64,000 nucleotides of DNA, taken from an uncultured SAR86 cluster bacterium (GTDB lineage Bacteria; Pseudomonadota; Gammaproteobacteria; Magnimaribacterales; D2472). The notes under the pieces are model-generated. The model worked only from the letters and a program-made list of their open reading frames with translations. It was not told the DNA's origin and searched no databases. Numbering within the stretch: the first letter of the stretch is position 1; each line of letters opens with the position of its first letter. This document shows, in pieces, positions 12,472-20,965 of the stretch. The stretch spans positions 9,765-73,764 of the forward strand of contig CACBPP010000003.1 in assembly GCA_902541175.1 (NCBI GenBank), in the 5' to 3' direction. The translations under genes were made by a program, and so were the position numbers.

Positions 12472-12480
12472 TTCTTTCTG

Positions 12481-13803
12481 ATGAACCTAAAATTTGGCAC
12501 TGACGGTATAAGGGGACCCGTTGAGAGCATAATAACACCCGAAGCTTGTTTAAAAATAGGCCATGCAACAGGTCTAGTCATGAAAGACCTTGGTTGGGAC
12601 ACTGTTGTTATTGGCAAGGACACAAGAGTCTCTGGTTACATGTTAGAGTCAGCACTCCAGGCAGGTTTTATAGCTGCTGGTGTTAATGTAAATCTACTCG
12701 GCCCAATTCCTACACCCGGAGTAGCTTATTTGACTAAAACACTTAGAAATAAGTTTGGAGTTGTCATAAGTGCTTCACATAATGATTTTTTAGATAATGG
12801 AATTAAAATTTTTAATGAGGATGGAGAGAAGATATCAAGAGACATTGAAAAAAGAATTGAAAAATATCTATCTTCAAACCTATCTCCTGTTGAAACATCT
12901 CAAATAGGAAAAGCATATAGATTCGATGAGTCCGGGCCTAGATATATAGAATTTTGTAAATCAACTGTCCCATCTGAAATTTCCTTTTCTTCACTTAGGA
13001 TAGTTGTTGATTGTGCTAACGGGGCTTGTTATAAAGTAAGTCCAGAAATATTCGAAGAATTAGGAGCTGAAGTAATTGCAATTGGCAATGAACCAGATGG
13101 TTACAACATAAATCAAAACTGTGGCTCTACTCATCCAGATGTAATTAAAGAAGCTGTGATTGAACACAGAGCTGATTATGGAATATCTTTGGATGGCGAT
13201 GGAGACAGAGTCATTCTTGTAGATGAAAAGGGTAATATTCTTGATGGTGATGATCTTCTCTATATATTAGCTTTTGCCAATCCAAATAGGACTGGACCAT
13301 GGTCAGGTGTTGTTGGTACTCTTATGAGTAACCTAGGTTTTGAAGAAGGTATAAAAAAACTTGGTTATAAGTTTGTAAGAGCTGATGTTGGTGACAAATA
13401 TGTTAGCGAAATGTTATCAAACAAGGGCTGGCTTCTTGGAGGTGAAGCTTCAGGACATATTATATGTAAAGATCTTGTTAGTACTGGAGATGGCACTATT
13501 GCTGCTTTAAAAGTAATTTCTTCATTATTGCTTCTTGAAAAGAAACCAAGCGAGGTCTTATCGAATTATACGAAAATACCTCAAATTAACATGGCTGTGA
13601 CTGTTAAAAATAAAGATATTATCAATGATAAAGAACTCAAATCATTAATATCAGAAATTGAGTCTGATTTAACTGTAGGTAGAGTTCTTGTAAGGCCATC
13701 AGGCACAGAGCCGAAGATAAGAATTATGATAGAGGCTTCTGAGGAAAAGGTTGCTAAAAAATTTGCAAATGATATTAAAAAAATTATTGAGTCAAAAAGT
13801 TAG
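12481..13803 (+). CDS. glmM: phosphoglucosamine mutase
   Basis: 440 aa. Starts MNLKFGTDGIRG. Active-site SASHN, metal loop DGDGDR, and GEASGH. Confidence 0.93.
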   Translation: MNLKFGTDGIRGPVESIITPEACLKIGHATGLVMKDLGWDTVVIGKDTRVSGYMLESALQAGFIAAGVNVNLLGPIPTPGVAYLTKTLRNKFGVVISASHNDFLDNGIKIFNEDGEKISRDIEKRIEKYLSSNLSPVETSQIGKAYRFDESGPRYIEFCKSTVPSEISFSSLRIVVDCANGACYKVSPEIFEELGAEVIAIGNEPDGYNINQNCGSTHPDVIKEAVIEHRADYGISLDGDGDRVILVDEKGNILDGDDLLYILAFANPNRTGPWSGVVGTLMSNLGFEEGIKKLGYKFVRADVGDKYVSEMLSNKGWLLGGEASGHIICKDLVSTGDGTIAALKVISSLLLLEKKPSEVLSNYTKIPQINMAVTVKNKDIINDKELKSLISEIESDLTVGRVLVRPSGTEPKIRIMIEASEEKVAKKFANDIKKIIESKS

Positions 13804-14547
13804 ATGATTGTTGCTAATTGGAAATGTAATGGAAGCAAAGCCATGATAAATGAATGGACCAATAATTTTTTAACAAATTATGTTGAAATGAAGAAAGCAT
13901 TTATTGGCATAGCACCTCCTTCAATTTACATAGATAGTATTCTTGATACTAAGCTAAGCAAGTTAAAAGAAATAAATATAGGATCTCAAGACATCGATAT
14001 TTCATCTGGCGCTAGAACAGGAGCAATTTCTTCTGAAATGATTTTAGATTTTGATTGTAAGTTTTCAATCATCGGCCATTCAGAAAGAAGACAATTTTTT
14101 AATGAAAAAAATGATGAAATAAAACAAAAGATTTTAAAAATTGCGAATAAAACATTAACTATTTTATGTGTTGGTGAAACCGAAGAAGAAAACAAGAATG
14201 ATCAAACTAAAGATGTTTTAAAAAGACAATTAGGAGTAATTAAGGACATTGAATTTAATGATTCATTGGTTGTAGCTTATGAGCCAGTTTGGGCGATTGG
14301 AACTGGAACTACACCAACCCCAGATAAAATCAATGAAATTCATAAATTCATTAAAGATGTTGTACAATCCTTCTCAGATAATTCTGCAATTCCGATGGTT
14401 TTATATGGTGGAAGTGTAAATCAGGATAATGCTGAAAACTTTTTTAAAGAAGAATCTGTTGATGGTGCTTTAATCGGAGGTGCTTCTTTAGATGGCAGAC
14501 AATTTGCTAATATTATTAATATTTTTAATGGAATAAATTTAAAATGA
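13804..14547 (+). CDS. tpiA: triosephosphate isomerase
   Basis: 247 aa with NWKCNG, IGHSERR, AYEPVWAIGTG and GGASL motifs. Start abuts the glmM stop. Confidence 0.9.
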   Translation: MIVANWKCNGSKAMINEWTNNFLTNYVEMKKAFIGIAPPSIYIDSILDTKLSKLKEINIGSQDIDISSGARTGAISSEMILDFDCKFSIIGHSERRQFFNEKNDEIKQKILKIANKTLTILCVGETEEENKNDQTKDVLKRQLGVIKDIEFNDSLVVAYEPVWAIGTGTTPTPDKINEIHKFIKDVVQSFSDNSAIPMVLYGGSVNQDNAENFFKEESVDGALIGGASLDGRQFANIINIFNGINLK

Positions 14548-14855
14548 TTACTTTTTTAACAGTACTGTGTGTTCTTCTAGCAATAGTAATTGTTGCAATA
14601 GTTCTACTTCAACAGGGTAAAGGTTCTGATCTTGGCTCAGCGTTTGGAGGGGGATCTTCAAACTCAATGTTTGGTGCGTTAGGCCCATCAGGTTTTTTAG
14701 GAAGGCTAACATACATAATCGTTGCAATATGGCTAATTTTATCTTTCTTGTTAGCTTATTTATTAAAAAATGAGAATACAGAAGTTATCTTTGATACTCC
14801 TCTTATCGAAGAGGCAATAAACGAAGGTTTATCTGACGAAATACCTATCGAATAA
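14544..14855 (+). CDS. secG: preprotein translocase subunit SecG
   Basis: 103 aa, two TM segments, glycine-rich loop LLQQGKGSDLGSAFGGGSSNSMFG. tpiA-secG-tRNA-Leu synteny. Confidence 0.85.
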   Translation: MITFLTVLCVLLAIVIVAIVLLQQGKGSDLGSAFGGGSSNSMFGALGPSGFLGRLTYIIVAIWLILSFLLAYLLKNENTEVIFDTPLIEEAINEGLSDEIPIE

Positions 14856-14860
14856 TATTA

Positions 14861-14947
14861 TGGTGCCGAAGGCGGGACTTGAACCCGCACGAGTTTTCAC
14901 TCACTAGCCCCTCAAGCTAGCGTGTCTACCAATTCCACCACTTCGGC
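14861..14947 (-). tRNA. leuU: tRNA-Leu (anticodon GAG), leuU-type with long variable arm
   Basis: The reverse complement reads GCCGAAGTGGTGGAATTGGTAGACACGCTAGCTTGAGGGGCTAGTG...GGGTTCAAGTCCCGCCTTCGGCACCA. It is nearly colinear with E. coli leuU as I recall it. Anticodon loop is TTGAGGG. The gene lies on the strand opposite to secG. Confidence 0.9.
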
Positions 14948-14960
14948 ATAAAAGAGCGAA

Positions 14961-14969
14961 ATTATAGCA
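14961..14969 (-). promoter_or_regulatory. candidate extended -10 promoter (TGCTATAAT) for tRNA-Leu
   Basis: The minus strand reads TGCTATAAT, ending about 13 nt upstream of the tRNA 5' end and followed by a TTCGCTC discriminator-like stretch. AT-rich background makes chance matches common. Confidence 0.4.
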
Positions 14970-14999
14970 ATATTATCTCTCATCTAATACAAAATTAAC

Positions 15000-15028
15000 T
15001 TGACCAATTAGAGTTACTTTCATAAACT
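15000..15028 (+). promoter_or_regulatory. candidate sigma70 promoter of the tRNA-fMet/rimP-nusA-infB operon
   Basis: TTGACC (15000..15005), 17-nt spacer, TAAACT (15023..15028). Followed by a GC-rich discriminator (CGCTGCG) just before the tRNA at 15044. Confidence 0.45.
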
Positions 15029-15043
15029 TCATGTTCGCTGCGT

Positions 15044-15120
<77 letters not shown>

Positions 15121-15140
15121 CAGTTAAATAATTTTTTGTG

Positions 15141-15159
15141 GGGCATATGCCCTTTTTTT
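15141..15159 (+). terminator. weak intrinsic terminator/attenuator after tRNA-fMet
   Basis: GGGC-ATAT-GCCC hairpin followed by a run of 7 T. E. coli has a leaky terminator at the equivalent position after metY. The stem is only 4 bp. Confidence 0.4.
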
Positions 15160-15170
15160 GTATAAAAAAT

Positions 15171-15659
15171 ATGAATATAGATGATTTTAAAAATATTATT
15201 GAACCGGTAATAAATAGAAACAACTGCTTATTATGGGGAATTGAAATTTTAAGAGGTAAGAAAAAAAATACTCTCAGAGTTTTTATTGACTCAACAAATA
15301 ATGTTGACATTAATGATTGCGAGAGTATCTCTAGAGACCTTAATTATGAGCCTCAAATTGATTTGAATTTAGGTGAAGATTATATTCTTGAGGTTTCAAC
15401 ACCCGGTATAGACAGAAAATTTTTTGATATTAAGCAATTAAAAGATTATGTTGGCCAAGAGCTAGATATTAAAACAAAAAGCATATACGAAGGTAGGAGA
15501 AAGTTTATTGGCAAATTAATTGAAAGTGACGATTCAAAGCTAGCTATTGTTATGTCTGATAATTCTGAGGAAATAATATTTAAGTTTTCTGATATCGACT
15601 TATGTAGGCTAAAACCAGATTATAATAACTTATTAAAGGAATATTCTTATGGAGAGTAA
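15171..15659 (+). CDS. rimP: ribosome maturation factor RimP
   Basis: Start moved from 15138 to the ATG at 15171 (MNIDDFKNIIEPV...), because the longer ORF begins inside the terminator hairpin. Contains EVSTPGIDR. Overlaps nusA by 11 nt. Confidence 0.85.
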   Translation: MNIDDFKNIIEPVINRNNCLLWGIEILRGKKKNTLRVFIDSTNNVDINDCESISRDLNYEPQIDLNLGEDYILEVSTPGIDRKFFDIKQLKDYVGQELDIKTKSIYEGRRKFIGKLIESDDSKLAIVMSDNSEEIIFKFSDIDLCRLKPDYNNLLKEYSYGE

Positions 15660-17112
15660 CGAAATTTTGGCAGTTGTTGATTCAGTTTCAACAGAAAAGG
15701 GCCTTGAAAAAGATGTAATATTTAAAGCAATTGAAGTTGCAATTGCATCAGCTTCGCAAAGACATTTTCATGAAGACGCAGATTTGTATGTTTCAATAAA
15801 TAGAGATACTGGGGAATATACAACACACAGAAATTGGATAGTTTTTGATGAGTCGGATGAGGAATATCATCATGAGACACATGTATCTGCAGAGGAATCA
15901 AAATTATCAGTCGGAGACGTTTACTCTAAACAACAGGATAATATTGAGTTTGGAAGGATTGAGACTCAAGCTGCTAGACAAGTTATGCTTCAAAAAGTAA
16001 GAGAAGCTGAAAGAGAAAAGATTGTCGAACAATTTAGATCCCAAAACAATAAACTTGTATCTGGTTCGGTTAAAAGAGTCACTAGAGATAATATAATCGT
16101 TGATATTACTCATGAGGCTGAAGCACTCTTACCAAGAGATAAATTAATGCCTGGTGAAATTTACAAAATTAATGACAGAATAAGAGCAGTTCTTCAGATT
16201 GTAGAAGTTGAAGGTCGTGGCCCACAACTTATGTTAAATAGATCATGTCCTGAAATGGTAACTGAACTTTTTAACATTGAGGTTCCAGAAATAAACGAAG
16301 ATGTTATTGAAATAAGAGGAATAGCAAGAGATGCTGGGTCAAGATCAAAGATTGCAGTAAAAACAAATGATGGTCGAATCGATCCTGTAGGAGCTTGCGT
16401 TGGTATGAGAGGGTCTAGAGTTCAAGCTGTATCGTCAGAGTTAGGCAATGAAAGGATTGACATAATTATTTATGACGATAATCCTGCTCAGCTTGTTATA
16501 AATGCACTTTCACCAGCAAAAGTTGAGTCTATTGTAATGGATGAAGACTCTAGATCAATGGATATTGCTGTTAATGAGGATAATTTAGCTTTAGCAATTG
16601 GTTCTAGAGGTCAAAATATAAGACTTGCATCAAGATTAGTTGGATGGGATCTTAATATTATTAGTAATGAAGAAGCTGAAGCAAAAGTTAAAGTTGATGA
16701 AACAGAATTTTTAGCTAAGATCATTGATACCCTTGAAGTCAAAGAAGATGTTGCAGAAAAAATAATATCTTCTGGTTTTTTGTCTTTTGATGAAATTGCT
16801 TATGCAGAAGATTCAAAATTAAAAGAGTTTATTGAATCAGATGAGGAAGTCTTAAGAATTAAGACAACTTCAGAGGATGCAGCACTTCTTGAGGCAATGG
16901 GCGCAGTCACTGAAGAAGAAGACAATGTTGAATCATTATCAGATTTAAATCTTGATGAAGATAACATTGTTAAATTATCTAATAAAGGTATTAAAAATAA
17001 AGATGATTTAGCAGAGCTTTCAATAGATGAGCTGCAAGAAATAATTGAAATTTCTTCAGATGATGCTTCAAAAATGATCATGAAGGCAAGAGAACATTGG
17101 TTTAAGGAATAG
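15649..17112 (+). CDS. nusA: transcription termination/antitermination factor NusA
   Basis: 487 aa with N-terminal domain, S1 and KH1/KH2 domains (GACVGMRGSRVQAV, AIGSRGQNIRLASRL) and acidic C-terminal HhH repeats. Confidence 0.95.
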   Translation: MESNEILAVVDSVSTEKGLEKDVIFKAIEVAIASASQRHFHEDADLYVSINRDTGEYTTHRNWIVFDESDEEYHHETHVSAEESKLSVGDVYSKQQDNIEFGRIETQAARQVMLQKVREAEREKIVEQFRSQNNKLVSGSVKRVTRDNIIVDITHEAEALLPRDKLMPGEIYKINDRIRAVLQIVEVEGRGPQLMLNRSCPEMVTELFNIEVPEINEDVIEIRGIARDAGSRSKIAVKTNDGRIDPVGACVGMRGSRVQAVSSELGNERIDIIIYDDNPAQLVINALSPAKVESIVMDEDSRSMDIAVNEDNLALAIGSRGQNIRLASRLVGWDLNIISNEEAEAKVKVDETEFLAKIIDTLEVKEDVAEKIISSGFLSFDEIAYAEDSKLKEFIESDEEVLRIKTTSEDAALLEAMGAVTEEEDNVESLSDLNLDEDNIVKLSNKGIKNKDDLAELSIDELQEIIEISSDDASKMIMKAREHWFKE

Positions 17113-17121
17113 GTTGATATT

Positions 17122-19386
17122 TTGGCTATAACAGTAAAAGATTTTGCTAAAACTTTAAAGATTCCGGACAAAGCTCTGATTGAAAGAATGCAAAAAGCAG
17201 GCTTAAGTCACTCTAAGAGTTCTGATGAAATAACTCCAAGTGATAAACAAGCACTCTTAAAATTTCTTAAAGGCTCAAAAACATCTTCTTCTAAATCTGT
17301 AACTTCAGAATCTGGTGTAAAAGTTACATCAAGAGGTAAGGCTTCTTCCATTCAATCATCAAATAAAAGTTATTCAGATAATATTGAGGCAAAGAGAGCT
17401 GCTGCCTCAGAACAATTAAAAGAGCAACAGATTAAAAGACAAGAGCAGCTAAAAGAAGCTGTAAAAGAAAAGCAAGCTCAAAAGAAAAAGAAAACAATAA
17501 AAACTAAACAAGAACCTCAACAGGAAAAAGTAGATGTCAAAGATCAGCTATCAAGTGCTGTAAATGCATTTAAGAAAAAAGAAGAAAATATTTTTGATGA
17601 TCAACATCAGTTTGAGGCTCCAACTGAATTTATAAAAAAGGACATAGAAATTCCAGAAACCATCAATGTTGGTGAGCTAGCAAAGTTGATGGCAGTTAAA
17701 GGTGGTGAAGTTGTTAAGAATCTTATGTCATTGGGAGTGGTTGCAACAATAAATGATGTAATTGATCAAGAAACTGCAATCTTGGTTGTTGAAGAAATTG
17801 GACATAATGGAGTCGCAATTGAGCAAGAAAATTTAGAGGAAGATCTTGCAAATTTAATTAAATATAATGATGAACCAAAAACAAGACCAGCTGTAATTAC
17901 TGTAATGGGTCATGTTGATCATGGAAAAACTACTCTTCTTGATTTCATAAGAAAGACAAAGGTTGTTGATGGTGAGGCCGGTGGAATTACTCAACATATT
18001 GGCGCATATGAAGTAGATACTTCAAAAGGAAGGCTTACCTTTATTGATACTCCTGGTCACGCTGCTTTTTCTTCAATGAGAGCCCGGGGAGCAAATACTA
18101 CAGATATTGTGGTGCTAGTAGTTGCTGCTAACGACGGAATTAAACCTCAAACAGAAGAAGCTATTAATCATGCTAAAGCTGCTGATGTCTCAATAGTAGT
18201 TGCAATTAATAAAGTTGACTTAGATGGTGCAGATATTGATAAGGTAAAAGGAGATCTTGCAGCTAAAGATTTAACTCCTGAAGATTGGGGTGGCAACATA
18301 CAAATGGTTCCAATATCAGCTCTAAAAGGTGATGGAGTAGACGAGCTGTTAGAGAGAATTGCACTTGAAGCAGAGATATTAGAACTCAAAGCTCACCATG
18401 ATGGAGCAGCTCAAGGGGTAGTTATTGAATCTGAACTTGATAAATTTAGAGGTTCAGTTGCAACATTTTTGGTTCAAAATGGGACATTGAGTGTTGGAGA
18501 TTTAGTAGTTTCCGGTAATGCAATCGGTAAGGTAAAAAGTATTGTTAATAGCGATGGTAATAAGATTAAATCAGCACTTCCTTCTGCAGCTGTTGAGATC
18601 CTTGGTTTAAATTTAGTCCCAAATGCAGGTGACCAGTTCATGGTTGTTAAAAATGAAAAGCAAGCTAGAGAAATTGCTGAGTACAGGTTAACTAAAGAAA
18701 AAGAGAGGAAGTTACTTAAACAAAAGGACGAATCTGCTGGAGACCTTTTTGAAACGCTGGGCCAAGAAGCAAAAAAAGTTCTCAATGTAATCATTAAGAC
18801 GGATGTTGGCGGTACATGTGAAGCAATTACTGCTGCATTAAATGATTTAGGTACCGATAAAGCTAAAGTTAAGATTGTCTCTAGTGGTGTTGGTGGTATC
18901 AGCGAATCTGATGCAAACTTAGCGGTAGCGGTTGATTCAATTATTCTTGGTTTTAATGTAAGAGCTGATAGCACTGCTAAAAAGATTATAGAATCAGAAT
19001 CAATTAAGTTAAGTTATCACAGTATAATTTATGAACTTTTAGATGATGTTAAGGCGAGAATGAGTGGCCTTTTAGATCCAATTGTCAGAGAAGAAATTAT
19101 TGGGACTGCTGAAGTGTTGGAAGTTTTTAACTCGCCAAAATTTGGTCAGGTTGCTGGTTGCAATGTTGTTGAAGGTAATGTGCTAAGAAACAAACCTGTT
19201 AGAGTTCTTAGAGACGAAATCGTAATTTTTGAAGGTGAACTTAACTCTCTAAGAAGATTTAAAGAAGATGTTAATGAAGTAAAAAATGGTAATGAATGCG
19301 GTATGGGTATTAAAAATTATAAAGATATTAAACCAGGTGACAAAATAGAAGTTTTTGATAGAAAGGAAGAAGCCCAGGAAATATAA
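17122..19386 (+). CDS. infB: translation initiation factor IF-2
   Basis: 754 aa with a Lys/Glu-rich N-terminal region and G domain GHVDHGKTTLLD, DTPGH, NKVD. The start codon in the track is TTG (17122), preceded by AAGGA. Confidence 0.95.
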   Translation: MAITVKDFAKTLKIPDKALIERMQKAGLSHSKSSDEITPSDKQALLKFLKGSKTSSSKSVTSESGVKVTSRGKASSIQSSNKSYSDNIEAKRAAASEQLKEQQIKRQEQLKEAVKEKQAQKKKKTIKTKQEPQQEKVDVKDQLSSAVNAFKKKEENIFDDQHQFEAPTEFIKKDIEIPETINVGELAKLMAVKGGEVVKNLMSLGVVATINDVIDQETAILVVEEIGHNGVAIEQENLEEDLANLIKYNDEPKTRPAVITVMGHVDHGKTTLLDFIRKTKVVDGEAGGITQHIGAYEVDTSKGRLTFIDTPGHAAFSSMRARGANTTDIVVLVVAANDGIKPQTEEAINHAKAADVSIVVAINKVDLDGADIDKVKGDLAAKDLTPEDWGGNIQMVPISALKGDGVDELLERIALEAEILELKAHHDGAAQGVVIESELDKFRGSVATFLVQNGTLSVGDLVVSGNAIGKVKSIVNSDGNKIKSALPSAAVEILGLNLVPNAGDQFMVVKNEKQAREIAEYRLTKEKERKLLKQKDESAGDLFETLGQEAKKVLNVIIKTDVGGTCEAITAALNDLGTDKAKVKIVSSGVGGISESDANLAVAVDSIILGFNVRADSTAKKIIESESIKLSYHSIIYELLDDVKARMSGLLDPIVREEIIGTAEVLEVFNSPKFGQVAGCNVVEGNVLRNKPVRVLRDEIVIFEGELNSLRRFKEDVNEVKNGNECGMGIKNYKDIKPGDKIEVFDRKEEAQEI

Positions 19387-19392
19387 TAATTT

Positions 19393-19740
19393 ATGTCATC
19401 AAATAGACCTGAGAAAATTGCAGATTTACTCAAAAGGGAAGTTTCAAAAATACTTAATCAAGAAGTTAAAGATCCAAGGCTTCAGAATATTAATATTACT
19501 GCTGTAAAGGTTACTGATGATATTGGGATCGCTTACATCTTCTATACAATTATTGGCAAGTCAATAAAAAAGGATGAGAGCAAAATAGATAATACAATTC
19601 TTTCAAAAGTTTCTGGAATGATAAGATCTAAGCTCTCAAAGATAATTGAAATTAGGAGAGTCCCTAAAATCATATTTAAGTTTGATGAAAGTATCGAATA
19701 TAGTGAAAATATTGAAAAATTATTAAACAATCTAAAGTAG
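19393..19740 (+). CDS. rbfA: ribosome-binding factor A
   Basis: 115 aa, KH-like RbfA pattern (RPEKIADLLKREVSKIL...DPRL...ITAVKVTDD). infB-rbfA-truB synteny. Confidence 0.88.
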   Translation: MSSNRPEKIADLLKREVSKILNQEVKDPRLQNINITAVKVTDDIGIAYIFYTIIGKSIKKDESKIDNTILSKVSGMIRSKLSKIIEIRRVPKIIFKFDESIEYSENIEKLLNNLK

Positions 19741-19741
19741 T

Positions 19742-20581
19742 ATGAATGGTTTTTTGTTGGTTAATAAAGAAAAAGGTTATTCATCCAATGAAATTGTTCA
19801 AAAGATTAAAAAAAAGTTTTCTTTGAATAAGGTTGGCCACTTGGGGACTTTAGATCCTGATGCTGAAGGATTATTAATTATTGCAATGAATAGAGCTACT
19901 AAATTTTCAAATTATTTCTTAAATTCTGATAAATCATATTATGTTGAAATAAAGCTTGGAAAATATACTACTACAGATGATGTGTCAGGAGAAATCATTG
20001 AAGAATTTGAGGTTAAATGCTCAGAAGATGAAGTAAAAAAAGAAATAAATAATTTTTTAGGAAAATCTTTCCAAAAACCACCTTTTTTCTCTGCTCTTAA
20101 ATATAAAGGTAAGCCTTTATATAAATATGCAAGAAAAGGTGAATTTATAAATAAAGAACCTAGAGAAATTGAAATTAAAGAAATCAAAAATATATCTTAT
20201 AAGGATAAAATTTGTTCATTCCAGATACTTTGTTCAAAAGGAACATATATAAGATCCATAGCTAGAGATCTTGGTAAAAATTTAGGATGTGGTGGACACA
20301 TGTTTTATCTCAAGCGCCTATCTCAGCATAAATTTAATCTTCTTGATGCGCATACAATTGAAGAGCTCTCATTGGAAAGAACTATTAAGATTGATGATTT
20401 TTTTAAAGATTATGAAAAACTTTCTTTGAACGAAGAAAGTTTAAAAATTTTTTTAAATGGAGGAAGAGTTCTTTTAAACAAAGATATTTCTAAAGATCTA
20501 AGAATATATAGTGAAGATAATGACTTTATTGGATTGGGACGTCTAGAGAATAGCTATCTTAAACATAAACAACTTGTTTAA
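19742..20581 (+). CDS. truB: tRNA pseudouridine(55) synthase TruB
   Basis: 279 aa with catalytic motif KVGHLGTLDPDAEGLL and GTYIRS. Confidence 0.9.
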   Translation: MNGFLLVNKEKGYSSNEIVQKIKKKFSLNKVGHLGTLDPDAEGLLIIAMNRATKFSNYFLNSDKSYYVEIKLGKYTTTDDVSGEIIEEFEVKCSEDEVKKEINNFLGKSFQKPPFFSALKYKGKPLYKYARKGEFINKEPREIEIKEIKNISYKDKICSFQILCSKGTYIRSIARDLGKNLGCGGHMFYLKRLSQHKFNLLDAHTIEELSLERTIKIDDFFKDYEKLSLNEESLKIFLNGGRVLLNKDISKDLRIYSEDNDFIGLGRLENSYLKHKQLV

Positions 20582-20594
20582 TATTCGAATAAGT

Positions 20595-20659
20595 TATAAT
20601 ATTCGCACGCTTACTTTAGTAATGTGAGGTTTGCAATTTCTTTAATAACATTACGAGGA
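20595..20659 (+). promoter_or_regulatory. candidate rpsO promoter (-10 TATAAT) and structured leader
   Basis: TATAAT at 20595..20600 followed by ATTCGCACGC. A 7-bp hairpin (GTAATGT 20619..20625 / ACATTAC 20648..20654) abuts the SD GAGGA (20655..20659). Confidence 0.3.
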
Positions 20660-20666
20660 TATAAAT

Positions 20667-20936
20667 ATGGCATTATTAACAGAAGAAAAAGCTAATATAG
20701 TCGAGAAATATAAAAGAAATGATGGTGATACTGGGTCACCTGAAGTGCAGATCGCACTTTTAACAGAAAATATTAATAAACTTCAAAGTCATTTTAAAAA
20801 TCATAACAAAGACCATCACTCCAGATCTGGTCTAATCAGGATGGTTAACCTAAGAAGGAAATTATTGGCATATCTAAAAAGAAAAGATGCCAATAGTTAT
20901 GCTGAGATAGTAAAAAAGCTTAACTTAAGAGGTTAA
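20667..20936 (+). CDS. rpsO: 30S ribosomal protein S15
   Basis: 89 aa: [56 protein letters not shown]. Confidence 0.95.
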   Translation: MALLTEEKANIVEKYKRNDGDTGSPEVQIALLTENINKLQSHFKNHNKDHHSRSGLIRMVNLRRKLLAYLKRKDANSYAEIVKKLNLRG

Positions 20937-20965
20937 TATCATATATAACAAAAAGAAGGAAAATC

